This document shows positions 14,661-29,003 of a DNA stretch of 64,000 bases, one piece after another; the first letter of the stretch is position 1; each line of letters begins with the position of its first letter. Source of the stretch: Eledone cirrhosa (taxonomy: Eukaryota). Position numbers and translations under genes: made by a program. The notes below the pieces were generated by a model. That model made no database searches, was not told the origin of the DNA, and saw only the letters and a list, made by a program, of their open reading frames with translations. The stretch covers positions 41,664,001 through 41,728,000 of the forward strand of contig OZ024754.1 of assembly GCA_964016885.1 (NCBI GenBank), given 5' to 3'.

Positions 14661-15048
14661 GCGTCTGAGGACTTGTTTCTTTGTCGCAAGTCAAACGACT
14701 GATTCAACAGATTCTTATGAACTATCAAAATATAAAACAAGAAAAAAAGATTGTCTGGAAATGCAGGATAAGAATTTTAATTATTTATTTTCGCCATTTA
14801 TATATACATGTTTGTTCTTCTTCTGGTTTTATAATTTCACAAATTTTTCCCAATAGAGAGAGAGAGAGAGTCGGTTTCTAACATAGACACAAGACTCTCT
14901 CATTAGAATTTACACAACATCAACTAGGTAGATTATGTATGCATGCATGTGTAGATATGGATGTTATTGCATGTGTGGATGTGTATATTTTGAGTTGTAT
15001 GTGTGCATGCGTATATGCTTTGCATCTGTATATGTGTATATACAGTTA

Positions 15049-15228
15049 TTAGATGCAACATTTTTGGAATGTTTTACATATTTTTACTGTTCCATTAATA
15101 GATTGTACTTGTAATTTCCTAACTAGTTGTGTTCTTTCTGTTCCTGTGAAGCCTAGCTTCTCAAGATTTGTATTGAGGCAGTTACTAACATATCCCAGAG
15201 CCCCAATAATCACAGGCATAAATCTGGT
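15049..15228 (-). mobile_element. 3' fragment of a restriction-like-endonuclease (R4/Dong/NeSL-type) non-LTR retrotransposon
   Basis: RFMPVIIGALGYVSNCLNTNLEKLGF...SINGTVKICKTF*; PVIIGALG is typical of the RLE-domain C-terminus; abuts (TATG)n. Confidence 0.7.
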
Positions 15229-15275
15229 ATGTATGTATGTATGTATGTATGTATGTATGTATGTATGTATGTATG

Positions 15276-15307
<32 letters not shown>

Positions 15308-15321
15308 TGTATGTATGTATG

Positions 15322-15353
<32 letters not shown>

Positions 15354-15419
15354 TGTGTGTGTGTGTATGTATGTATGTATGTATGTATGTATGTATGTAT
15401 GTATGTATGTATGTATGTA

Positions 15420-15456
<37 letters not shown>

Positions 15457-16189
15457 ATGTATGTATGTATGTATGTATGTATGTATGTATGTATGTATGT
15501 ATGTCAGGCTGCTCTCGGGTGTTACTGGTAACAACCTATCTTATGGTCGGGTCGTCGGTGACTAAACCGACAACCCCACCAAGCTTGTTTGGTGAGGGGG
15601 GGGGGGTGATATTTGGACACCCTGCGGGATGAAATACAAGACCCGGCAAAGGGCGGAAGAAATCAGCAGAGCCAACCGCCATCCAAATAGTACCTTTTTT
15701 TTTTTCACCTGGGAGTGAAAGGCCCCCAGTTGTTGTCACACCTTTCTAAGAGAGGGAAACTCTGAAAAAAAACCTGCGGCTTCGGAAACATGCGATGATG
15801 TTAACCAGTTCTCCTTTTCGGGCAGTGTCTTTGATGCTCAGAGAGTGGGATTGGTCGAGTGCAAGGCTTTTGCTCACTTAAAAAACCTTCAAAGCACAGG
15901 CATTGCTTGTTCGGGATATGTTATAGGTTGGCCGTGTGTGGCTGGCCGTGGCCTAAAGGTGCACCAAACTCTATAATCTGATAAGCGATTGTAGTACTCT
16001 TAGCAGAGTTTGCAGCCATTATGTATGTATATATGTATGTATGTATGTATGTAAGTATTATGTCAGGTCACTTCTTAGTGCTGGTTAGCCCACCAAGTTT
16101 GCTTGATGAGCAGGATGACTGGACACCCTGCTGGATGAAAAACAAGACTTGACAAAGAGCGGAAGAACTCACGAGAGTGAGTTTATGGA

Positions 16190-16508
16190 CCGTCTTCTTC
16201 TCTGGTGACTCAGAGAATTCTGAGAAGGTGGCGAGAACACTTTGATGAGCTTTTGAATCAGCTGTCTGTCGTCAATGAGGATTTCCTCAATCTAATCCCT
16301 GAAAAACCTGTGAAAGTAGCTCTCGCAGTTCCACCGACTTACACCGAAGTTGCAGCAGCTGTCTGGAAGCTGAACAGTGGAAGATCTCCAGGTATGGATG
16401 GCATACATGCAGAGCTCTTACAATATGGTGATGAGAAACTTCTGTGTCATGTTCACTCTTTGTTTGACACATATACGGGCTAGCGAATCTGTACCTAAGG
16501 ACTGGAGA
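16190..16508 (+). mobile_element. RTE-clade LINE ORF fragment just upstream of the RT core
   Basis: ILRRWREHFDELLN...PPTYTEVAAAVWKLNSGRSPGMDGIHAELLQYG, then frameshifted VPKDW. Confidence 0.88.
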
Positions 16509-16549
16509 GGTTTATCTAACTAAAACCTCATGATATCCCATTTCCAACA

Positions 16550-16670
16550 GAAGTACTACGCATTGCCCTCCACGTGACTCACGTGACTTCCTCGTGATTC
16601 ACGTGACTCACCAACTCACTCATATTTTACTGACTTCCTTTCATCTTTGTCCGCCATATTGTCTTCAACA
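16550..16670. promoter_or_regulatory. Promoter-like motif island: clustered E-boxes and YY1-like site
   Basis: CACGTG at 16571, TCACGTGA at 16579 and 16599, CTCGTG at 16591; CCGCCATATT at 16651-16660; ACTAC..TTGCCC upstream. Confidence 0.4.
16620..16657 (-). CDS. Candidate first coding exon [12 protein letters not shown] (phase 2)
   Basis: aatATGGCGG start context, 12 codons + 2 nt, then GTGAGT donor; no downstream exon securely linked. Confidence 0.3.
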
Positions 16671-16794
16671 ACGAGGACATTTTCAACAAGTCTATAATAT
16701 CGGCTGTTATTTTATTTATTTCAATACACCCTGAGAACACAGGCGCCTACATCAAATCTCCCTACCCTTTCCTGGCCCTAGCACAATTTATAAT

Positions 16795-16809
<15 letters not shown>

Positions 16810-16827
<18 letters not shown>

Positions 16828-17214
16828 ATGTATATATATGTGTGTGTGTGTATGTATATATGTGTGTGTGTCTGTCTGTGTGTGTGTGTGTGTGTGTGTC
16901 TGTGTGCCTGTGTGTGCGTGTGTGTGTGTGTGTATGTATATATGTGTGTGTGTCTGTCTGTGTGTGTGTGTGTGGGTGCCTGTGTGCGTGTGTGTGTGTG
17001 TGTGTCTGTCTGTGTGTGTGTGTCTGTGTGCCTGTGTGTGCGTGTGTGTGTGTCTGTTTGTGTGTGTGTGTGTGTGTGTGTCTGTGTGTCTGTCTGTATG
17101 TGTGTGTGTGTGTATGTCTGTGTGTGTGTGTGTGTCTGTCTGTCTGTCTGTCTGTGTGTGTGTGTGTCTGTGTGTCTGTGCGTGTGTGTCTGTCCGTGTG
17201 TGTGTGTGTCTGTC

Positions 17215-17256
<42 letters not shown>

Positions 17257-17278
17257 TGTGTGTGTGTGTGTGTGTGCG

Positions 17279-17326
<48 letters not shown>

Positions 17327-17356
17327 TATCTGTGTGTGTGTGTGTGTGTGTGTGTG

Positions 17357-17400
<44 letters not shown>
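16810..17400. repeat. (TG)n compound microsatellite
   Basis: Directly visible. Confidence 0.97.
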
Positions 17401-17402
<2 letters not shown>

Positions 17403-17607
17403 ATAAATTCAATATTTGCTCTATTGTGGATGTCTGGTCAAAAGGAGTGAAGCAGGTTTCAGTTGACAACAGACAAATCTGACCCAATCGCACACCAGGT
17501 ACACCAGGATCGCTAGAAACAACAGCGAAGTTTCCTTTAAAAAATACCACCCTTGACTCTTAACGGAGTCGTACGGGCGCCATCCATCCTAACACACAGC
17601 GGCGACC

Positions 17608-17903
17608 CATGTCTTGTGAGTGGAATTTGGTAGACGGTAATTGTTTGGAAGCCCGTCGGATAGACTGTAACTGTAACACAAAAAAGCTAACCATGTCACA
17701 CACTGCGTTATACTGAATCTCCCTGATAATTACGTTAAGAGTACACGTGTCTATGGAATTTTCAGCCATTTACATTGACACTTGCTTAAGATATGATTGC
17801 ATGCAATATAACCGAACCCGGGAAGTGATGATTGCAAAATGAACCTCTTAACCATTCGGCCATACTGCAACCACGAACATCTGGATAAAAGGCAGAGGAT
17901 AAG
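17608..17903 (-). repeat. Composite SINE-derived segment; inverted near-identical copy at 20724-21019
   Basis: About 295 bp reverse-complement match with roughly ten mismatches by eye. Confidence 0.9.
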
Positions 17904-18149
17904 TAACATAATTAACACCATGTTTTGCAGCATAGAGTTACGGCCCTTTATGAACTGAGTTCAAATCCCGCCGAGGTTAACTTTGCCTTTCATCCTTACG
18001 GGGGTCGATAAAATAAAGTACCAGTAATACACTGGGATAATTGCACATAAGTGTGTGTGTGTGACAGCTCACACCTATGCAGGTTTAGTGGCCTCCTCCA
18101 AGGTATATCTCGTTGGAGGAGTCTTGGGTGATTTAATGATAGGGACCCC

Positions 18150-18306
18150 AGTCCCTATCATCTCATTTCTACAGCTGAGTAAACTGGAGCAACGTGAAAT
18201 AAAGTGTCTTGCTCAAGGAAACAACACATCACCCGGTCCGAGAATTGAACTCACAACCTTTCGATTGCAAGCCAATGCTCTAACCACTAAGCCATGCGCC
18301 TTCACT
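18150..18306 (-). mobile_element. tRNA-derived SINE head
   Basis: A box TGGCTTAGTGG and B box GTTCAATTCTC on minus strand. Confidence 0.8.
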
Positions 18307-19132
18307 GGAGTCGATTTAATCGATTTTCTCCTTCCCGAAAATGTCTGGCCTTGTGCCTATATAAGAAACCATTATTAAGAAACTATAGTAGAGAAATGTA
18401 TGAAGTTCTCTGCACCCGGATGCAGCTCTTCCGCTTTTAATGGTCCCGAAGGTACAGACATTAATGTCGCAGCTGATATTTCATACTTTATTTCCTTTCT
18501 TTCTCATACACACCCTGAATCACGGGAGAAAAAAAACGAAAAACGAAATCGTAGTTTTAACTTACTTCAATAGATGAAGAAGAAACCCAGCTTCTGGGTC
18601 GGAAGAGTAAGGAATATAGAAAGAATGTATTGCAGGTCCGTGTCTTGTAACCGGCATTACGAATTAGCAGAGAGAAAGTAGTTAGAACGTCGGGTGTAAT
18701 GCTTAGCGGTGGTGGATTGGCGGAATCGGTAGAGGGTCGGACGCCATGCTTTGTAGCATAGAGTTACGGCCCTTCATGATCTGAGTTCAAATCCCGCCGA
18801 GGTTAACTTTGCCTTTCATCCTTACGGGGGTTGATAAAATAAAGTACCAGTCACGTACTGGGGTCGATTTAATCGACTTTCCCCTCCCCCAAAATTGCTG
18901 GCCTTGTGCCTATATAAGAAACCATTTTTAACGCCATTCTTTGCAGCATAGAGTTATGGCCCTTTATGATCTGAGTTCAAATCCCGCCGAGGTTAACTTT
19001 GCCTTTCATCCTTACGGGGGTCGATAAAATAAAGTACCAGTAATACACTGGGATAATTGCTGGCCTTGTGCGCCCCGAGGTCTAATCCTGACGTGGTCAA
19101 CTTTACTTTTTGTCCTGTTCAGTATTAGAATC

Positions 19133-19550
19133 GAGAAGGCACATGGCTTAGTGGTTAGAGCATTGGGCTTGCAATCGAAAGGTTGTGAGTTCGATTCTCA
19201 GACCGGTTTATGCGACACTTTATGAACAAGTCACTTTATTTCACGTTGCTCCAGTTGACTCAGCTGTAGAAATGAGTTGCGACGTCACTGGTGCCAAACT
19301 GTATCAGCCATTGCCTTTCTTTCTCTTGGACATCATATATAGTGTATATATAGTGTATATATAGTGTATATATAGTGTATATATAGTGTATATATAATGT
19401 ATATATAGTGTATATATATATATATATATGTATATATATGTATGTTATGTCACTGGTGCCAAGCTGTATCAGCCATTGCCTTTCTTTCTCTTGGACATCA
19501 TATATAGTGTATATATAATGTATATATAGTGTATATATAATGTATATATA

Positions 19551-19598
<48 letters not shown>

Positions 19599-19701
19599 TA
19601 TGTCACTGGTGCCAAACTGTATCAGTCATTGCCTTTCTTTCTCTTGGACAACATCATATATAATGTATATATAATGTATATATATATATAATGTATATAT
19701 A

Positions 19702-19737
<36 letters not shown>

Positions 19738-19869
19738 GATAAAAAGGACGATTGGTTATTTCTTCATTGCATTTATTGATAGGTGACGCGCGTTTCGCCA
19801 CTGATCAGCTCAAGGTTCGATCTATATCGATCCTACCCGACTCAATAATCGGCAGCTCGACGGACCCTC

Positions 19870-19912
<43 letters not shown>

Positions 19913-20085
19913 TATGTCACTGGTGCCAAGCTGTATCGGCCATTACCTTTCCCCTGGACATCATCGGTGGCGTGGAGAGGAGAGACTGGCAACAACCTTG
20001 CCCGGACTTGTGCCACGGGGGGGGGGGGGGGGGGGACTTTCTAGGTGCAAAACACTTGGTCATTCGTGACTGAAGGAAGTCTTCG
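19133..20085 (+). mobile_element. tRNA-derived SINE split by (TA)n tracts, with a four-times reiterated 50-bp internal segment
   Basis: Head TGGCTTAGTGG...GTTCGATTCTC; GTCACTGGTGCCAA..GGACA at about 19284, 19449, 19602 and 19916; tail ends TGACTGAAGGAAGTCTT. Confidence 0.8.
19735..19872 (-). mobile_element. TA-inserted fragment with the 3' half of a hammerhead (GGC-GAAA-CGCGCG-TC)
   Basis: Palindromic stem III and GUC site; near-identical fragment at 50800-50880; no intact CUGANGA in either copy. Confidence 0.6.
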
Positions 20086-20180
20086 AATTAGAATCGATTC
20101 ATCCTCTAAGTCTCTCTCTCTCTCTCACTTCCTCTCTATCACCCTCTCTCTCTCTCTGTCTCTTACTCTCTCTGTCTCTT

Positions 20181-20247
<67 letters not shown>

Positions 20248-20253
20248 ATTTTC

Positions 20254-20290
<37 letters not shown>

Positions 20291-21364
20291 AAAGAAATCG
20301 TTTGTGTTCCAATCAGGAGAAAAATTAGCTCAACTCAACTCAGCTCAGCTTTAAATACCCTAGACACGTTCTACGGTATGCAACGACGGCGTCCCTGCTA
20401 CTCTATCAGAAGTTAAGTGCCTGTGGATAGATTAAAACAAGTATGAGCGATGGATATTAACACATACTTTCTGTTTCTACAATATCAGACGTGTGTGGGA
20501 AGCACTAGCACTGTTTACGACCTTGCTAACAAGTCCCATTCACAATATCTGTGTCAGATACTAACATCATTCGCGAGACGTCTTTTCTTCGACACATTTT
20601 CACTTTCTTTATATGTACTCAAACCATTACATGTGAAATTCACTGCTGAATTCCTGATGAAGCACACATGTTGCTAAGACTTCACATTAAGTGAACATGT
20701 GTTCCAAAACTCCTATCTTATTTCTTATCCTCTGCCGTTTATCCAGATGTTCGTGGTTGCAGTATGGCTGAATGGTTAAGAGGTTCATTTTGCAATCATC
20801 ACTTCCCGGGTTCGGTTATATTGCATGCAATCATATCTTAAGCAAGTGTCAATGTAAAAGACTGAAAATTCCATAGACACGTGTACTCTTAACGTAATTC
20901 TCAGGGAGATTCAGTATAACGCGGTGTGTGACATGGTTAGCTTTTTTGTGTTACAGCTACAGTCTATCCGACGGGCTTCCAAACAGTTACCGCCTACCAA
21001 ATTCCACTCACAAGACATGTGTTCCAAAACTCCTGTTTTTATATACTTAACTCTTTCCTTTAGCGAGAGGAGGAAGAGAATTTGTTGTGTCGTTAGAATG
21101 TTGGATAAAATGCCCAAGAAACGCCGTGTGGCAGGCACTATGGCACTGCTAAGAGTCCATCATGATGTTTGGGGATCTTACCATATACGAGAAGGGGTGG
21201 AGAGTTGACAGAGCTATTAGAATGCTAGATTAGGAATGTCTGGTTTCTGTTCTGGCTCACAAACCCCTAATTTCAACCCTCACCGAGATCAACTTAGCCT
21301 TTTATTATTTCGAGGTCGATAAAATTGAAATTAGTCCAGTAGTGAGGTCGATTCTTCGTTCATA

Positions 21365-21411
<47 letters not shown>

Positions 21412-21809
21412 CTTACTCTCTCTCCTCCCCCCCCCCTCTCTCTCTCTTTGTCTGTCTGTGGAATAAATTGCGGGTGGGGATTCAGACCTGAGGTGACTGC
21501 TTTGTGAAAAGAGTGACCCGTGTGCTTGAGATCAAATGGCCATTGACTCCTGCTGTTACCAATTGCCAGAACTACCGAGGTCTGTCTCTCTGTAAGTCTC
21601 CTCCAGATCTCTGGACTCCATCGCCTTTACTTAGGGCTAACAAACACAACAACAATGGTTTCTGATTTTGGCACAAGACCAGCAATTAAAGGGGGGGGGT
21701 GAGAAAGAAGGTAGAATGTTAGCAAATAAATGAGTGAATGGATGAATGTACAAAAAAATCAAAGGCGGCAGAGGGGGGGAGAAAACAGGGTGTTCAACTG
21801 TTGACTTAC

Positions 21810-22244
21810 GAAAGAGTTCGTATAATTGAAGCCGTGTGTTATTGTTCAGCATAGAGCTACAGCCCTCCACGCTCCGGGCCCAAACCCCGCCGAATCCCCA
21901 CGGAACCGACAAAACAAGGCACCAGCAAAGCGCTGGCACAATCGCTGCCCCGTGTCAAGAACAGAATAATTACTATTATTATAGTTGTTGTTTTCTTGAG
22001 GCTTGATCGCTGGCGGTGGGGGTGGATGGTGTCAGTGATGGTGGTGGCAATTGAAGTTGTTGTTCCTCTTGATGTTCATTTCATTCTGATGCTGAAAATT
22101 TAAGGGTGTGAGTTTGTGTAATATATCGCAAGGGTAAATCCACAGTAAAATCAGAAATTGTGAGCTTGTGTAAAGTAAATGGTACGACGGTTCAGTTATA
22201 TTCAAATATTGTAAGCGCGTCCATTGAAAATATCGTTGAGATGT
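21810..22244 (-). other. Candidate spliced exon of an unidentified transcript
   Basis: Unique, CpG-richer sequence bounded by TTTTCGCAG acceptor and GTAAGT donor; no frame open throughout. Confidence 0.3.
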
Positions 22245-22854
22245 CTGCGAAAATGAGATGTAAACAAATATTTATATCCCAGACAGAAATGATAATTTCC
22301 ACTTCTATACACTCTTTGGAGGAGGGCCTCCCGTCCTAGGAGAGAGCTCCGTGAGATGGGTATTACACGCTGTGTCCCTCAGCAATGCCTTTATTATCTT
22401 GTCCGTGGAATTGGTAGAGTGGTGAGGAAATAAACTTTCTCTCAATTGATTTCTTTAAGGTTTCAGCAGTTATTTTACATGTTTATACCGAGAGATTTGG
22501 TATTTGTCAATGTTGTTGATATAGTTGTTATTGCTTAGTTTTATAAAGTATTGTCTTAGGATACTGAGACCTAAGTAAACATTATATTACGTTTTCGTTA
22601 ACTCAGACCTTCCAAATCTGAAGAATTATATAAAACAATGGCTACTATTGATAAATATATATATAGTTGGGCTTCATTTCCTAGTTTCTGTCCTAGTTCT
22701 CTTCTTGTTTAACGTCCACCAACATCAAAATTGTAACCATAACAGTTTTACAGACTCCATTTCTTAAATATGTTTTTAACTGGAATCAAAATCCTTTGCA
22801 TGATATAATTGCAAAATTCTTTTTTCTTTTTTTATTTGTTTGCAACAGCTAAAA

Positions 22855-23515
22855 TTCTCTGTTGTGGTGTGTAATTAATGGACCCTCTATCGTCTGAGGT
22901 AATGCTGTGTCTTGTCTCAGATATGTTAGAAGTCAACACCAACATTCCCTGTTGTGGTTGTAATTGAGAGACCCTCTATCATCTGAGATGTGGAGGCACG
23001 TGGCCTAGTGGTAAGAGTGTTGGACTTACGATCATAATGTCGTGGGTTCGATTCCTGGGCTGCGTGTTGCGTTCTTGAGCAAAACACTTCATTTCACGTT
23101 GCTCCAGTATACTCAGCTGAAAATGAGTACCAGTAATAGCTGGAGGTTTAACCCTGTGATGGACTAGCGTCCTGTCCAGGTGGGAGTCTTGTACTCTCAG
23201 TCGCTTCACGCCATGAAACCGGGATAAGCACCAGCCAAATGAGCCTTCTGGCTTAAGACAGACTTTAGACTATCATCTGAGGTAATGATGTGTCTTGTCT
23301 CAGAAATATTAGAGGGCAACACCAACATCCCCTGCTGTGGTGTGTGACTGAGGGACCCTCTATCACCTGAACTAATGCTGTGTCTTGTCTCAGAAATATT
23401 AGAGGGCAACACCAACATTCCCTGTTGTGGTGTGTAATTAAGACACCCTCTATCACCTGAACTAATGCTGTGAGTGTCTTGTCTCAGAAATATTAGAAAG
23501 CAGCACCAACATTGT
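22855..23515. repeat. About 89-bp tandem repeat interrupted by a SINE
   Basis: Units AACATTCCCTGTTGTGG...CCCTCTATC...GTCTTGTCTCAG...CACC on both sides of the SINE. Confidence 0.85.
22988..23269 (+). mobile_element. Full-length tRNA-derived SINE with 12-bp target-site duplication
   Basis: A box TGGCCTAGTGG, B box GTTCGATTCC; CTATCATCTGAG at 22976-22987 and 23270-23281; relatives at about 59700-59938 and 39990-40130. Confidence 0.9.
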
Positions 23516-24136
23516 CACATATTGAACTCATATTGTGTGTTATCTAACAAGTGCTATGTTATTGTTCAATTATTTAACGACAGCCAATCATATCACAATC
23601 ATGTGTTTCAAATGTGCTCATATTTTTGCCCATTATACTTCAGTTAAACTAGGGTACACAATGTTATCCAACAATAGTTGTTTAAAGTGAAACGAGAGCT
23701 AAAAGTTATTTTATTTGTGAGATGATTTCTCTCTCTCCCATGGCATAATAGTATCTAATTACTTAATTATTTCTCATTATAATCAACTAGTATGATCACT
23801 AATGAGTTGTAATTTGGTTGAATCGCTTGTAATTTTAGTTGGTATGGGACAGCTAATGAGGGGAGCTACCACGTAGTCAAACCACCTGCTAGAAGTAGCA
23901 ACAAAATTTCCCTCCAATCACATCGTACTGTCATAATGTTAAAAATTTGAGTTTGCAAATTTGAGTTTGATGGGATAGTCATGGTTGGAATGTCCTTCAT
24001 CACAGATCTATTGGGGAATTATCGATCTGGAACTAATAAATAGCTGAGTATTGAACTTTTGTTGTTGATTAAATCTTATGGACAGCACCTACTGTTGTCA
24101 ACAATGTAATTACGTGGGAGGGGTGGTGGGCTGTGT

Positions 24137-24175
<39 letters not shown>

Positions 24176-24251
24176 TGTGTATGTGTGTGTGTCTGTCTGT
24201 GTGTGTATGTGTGGGTGTGTGTATGTGTGTGGTGGTGTGGGTGTGTGTCTA

Positions 24252-24288
<37 letters not shown>

Positions 24289-24639
24289 AAGTGTTGTTCT
24301 GGTGGAGTTTTACATAGATATGTTTGTGTATATAGTGTGACTGAGTGGTTAGAGAATTGGATTCGCAATCATAAGGTTGTGAGTTCGATTTCCGGACTGA
24401 GTGATGTGTTGTGTCCTTGAGCAAGGCACTTTATTTCACGTTGCTCCTTCTACCTGGAGTTGCGACCGACAGATAGTATTAGCAATTGGAAAGACCAATG
24501 GAAACATTGTTTCCTCGGTCCGATTTGACGAGCTCCACCCCAATAGTTAAGTGAAGGAGGTTGGGAATCTTGTCGATCGATTATCGATATATATATATAT
24601 AGATGTGTGTTTACGGTATATATATATATGTGTGTTTAC

Positions 24640-24676
<37 letters not shown>

Positions 24677-24680
24677 TTAC

Positions 24681-24751
<71 letters not shown>

Positions 24752-24757
24752 TTACGG

Positions 24758-24818
<61 letters not shown>

Positions 24819-24822
24819 ACGG

Positions 24823-24871
<49 letters not shown>

Positions 24872-24877
24872 TTACGG

Positions 24878-24908
<31 letters not shown>

Positions 24909-25451
24909 TTACGGTTTATATATACATCTGTTGGAGACGCAGGACATGGCAGCGATAATGAGGGACAGAGACCGCTGGAGAGAACTCGTCCATGGATCTC
25001 GGAAATTTTACCCGCCCTAGATAGATAGATATATATGTGAGTTTACGGTTTAGAGTTAGGTTTACGGAGAAGGGAGAATTGAAAAAAAAAAATGAATTTG
25101 TCAATTTTTTTCTCTTTCTTATCAGGGTGGTAGTTTGTCTAGGAGAAGGGTCACTCTGATTTGAGCCCGGGATAGATGGAACTCCTTAGTCACCTTGTTC
25201 TTCTCAGAGTGGTAGTTTGTCTAGGAGAAGGAGCACTCTGGCTTGAACCCGAGATAGATGGAACTACTTGGTCGCCTTGGTGACTACCATTCAAATGGCC
25301 AACGGCTTAATCCTTGAAATGAATGCAGTTGAATTGCGGCTCAGTAGCCATCTTTTCGGGACTCACTGATGTCAGATTTTTCTAGATGAGAATCATGAAC
25401 ATACAGCATCATATAGATAAGTATTGGTGTAATTATCTATAGCCTTTGACG

Positions 25452-26290
25452 TATATACCAATGTCTTCTTAGTATATTGTTTATACCAATGTCTTCTTAG
25501 TATATTGTATATACCAATATCTTCTCGGTATATTGTATATACCAATGTCTTCTCGGTATATTGTATATACCAATGTCTTCTCGGTATATTGTATATACCA
25601 ATGTCTTCTCGGTATATTGTATATACCAATATCTTCTCGGTATATTGTATATACCAATGTCTTCTCGGTATATTGTATATACCAATATCTTCTCGGTATA
25701 TTGTATATACCAATGTCTTCTCGGTATATTGTATATACCAATGTCTTCTCGGTATATTGTATATACCAATGTCTTCTCGGTATATTGTATATACCAATAT
25801 CTTCTCGGTATATTGTATATACCAATGTCTTCTCGGTATATTGTATATACCAATGTCTTCTCGGTATATTGTATATACCAATGTCTTCTCGGTATATTGT
25901 ATATACCAATATCTTCTCGGTATATTGTATATACCAATGTCTTCTCGGTATATTGTATATACCAATATCTTCTCGGTATATTGTATATACCAATATCTTC
26001 TCGGTATATTGTTTATACCAATATCTTCTCGGTATATACCAATGTCTTCTTAGTATATTGTTTATACCAATATCTTCTCGGTATATTGTATATACCAATA
26101 TCTTCTCGGTATATTGTTTATACCAATATCTTCTCGATATATTGTATATACCAATGTCTTCCCGGTATATTGTATATACCAATGTCTTCTCGGTATATTG
26201 TATATACCAATGTCTTCTCGGTATATTGTATATACCAATGTCTTCTCGGTATATTGTTTATACCAATATCTTCTCGGTATATTGTTTATA
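25452..26290. repeat. 28-bp minisatellite (TATACCAATRTCTTCTCGGTATATTGTA)n
   Basis: About 30 copies. Confidence 0.97.
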
Positions 26291-26440
26291 CAAGTTAAAT
26301 TAATTATTTGTGCAACACAAAACACGGATATATGTTAAACAATATATTTCTCTCACTTTCTATAATACACAGTTTATGTAGTTGGTTGTTTACCTCTGTA
26401 TCTGTGTATCTATGTATGTATATACATATATATATATATA

Positions 26441-27918
<1,478 letters not shown>

Positions 27919-28176
27919 TTTACGTATCGAGGAAGAGAGAAAAAGGAGGGATATGTGATACATATAGTTATTTGCCAAGTAGCGTATGCCAAAGGTGCTC
28001 GATACTAGTGCCGGCAGTATTAAATATTCGAAGTGTTAATATTTAGTGGGCTAGAGTTACCTCCCTTGACCTGCTGCTAAATCAATACAAGGTATTTTTG
28101 CGACCAATGAATCTTGATGTAGATTTAACCCCCAAAACTCTTTCCGAACTATATAAGGAACACTTGTGATTATTTA

Positions 28177-28216
28177 TGCCCTTGAGAAGCCCAACTGGGC
28201 GAAACGTACGTAGGTG
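28177..28216 (+). ncRNA. Minimal type I hammerhead, U3-A8 variant
   Basis: TGCCC-TTGAGAA-GCCC(AACT)GGGC-GAAA-CGTACG-TA-GGTG; short stem I; lies in a 27915-28273 island between (TA)n tracts. Confidence 0.75.
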
Positions 28217-28382
28217 ATATTTTAAATAAACATGTTTTAACGGTCTATTCTCCGATTTTTTACTTTCCCACGTATATATATATATATATATATATATACG
28301 TTATTCCGGGTTGAATCGGAGGTAACCACAGTAAGTAAGGTACTCAATACATAGCAGAGTATAACAGTTTTAATATAGATGA

Positions 28383-28519
28383 GATTCTACAGGACTAGAA
28401 CTGTTTCATTCATTAGAAATCATCAGGAATCTGGGTATAAAAAAAAAAAAAAAAAAAATTTTGATACCCAGATTCCTGATGATTTCTAATGAATGAAACA
28501 GTTCTAGTCCTGTAGAATA
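28383..28519. ncRNA. Inverted pair of hammerheads (28383-28431 minus, 28471-28519 plus), same family as 3929-3977
   Basis: GATTC-CTGATGA-TTTC(TAAT)GAAT-GAAA-CAG...CTG-TA-GAATC. Confidence 0.85.
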
Positions 28520-28534
28520 TCATCTATATTAAAA

Positions 28535-28573
<39 letters not shown>

Positions 28574-28660
28574 ATATCTCTGTGTGTGTGTATGTAAATA
28601 TGTTTATAAAATATATATATGTTTTCCTGAGCTGAAATACGATTCTCGGTAATTTATATT

Positions 28661-28721
<61 letters not shown>

Positions 28722-28730
28722 ATATATATT

Positions 28731-28783
<53 letters not shown>

Positions 28784-28804
28784 ATATATATTTGTATATA
28801 TATT

Positions 28805-28865
<61 letters not shown>

Positions 28866-28874
28866 ATATATATT

Positions 28875-28925
<51 letters not shown>

Positions 28926-28954
28926 GTATATATATATGTATATATATATATATT

Positions 28955-29002
<48 letters not shown>

Positions 29003-29003
<1 letters not shown>

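Noticed and set aside
25393-26338. Long ORFs on both strands of the 28-bp repeat
   Set aside because: Unit length is not a multiple of three and all frames give the same cyclic peptide
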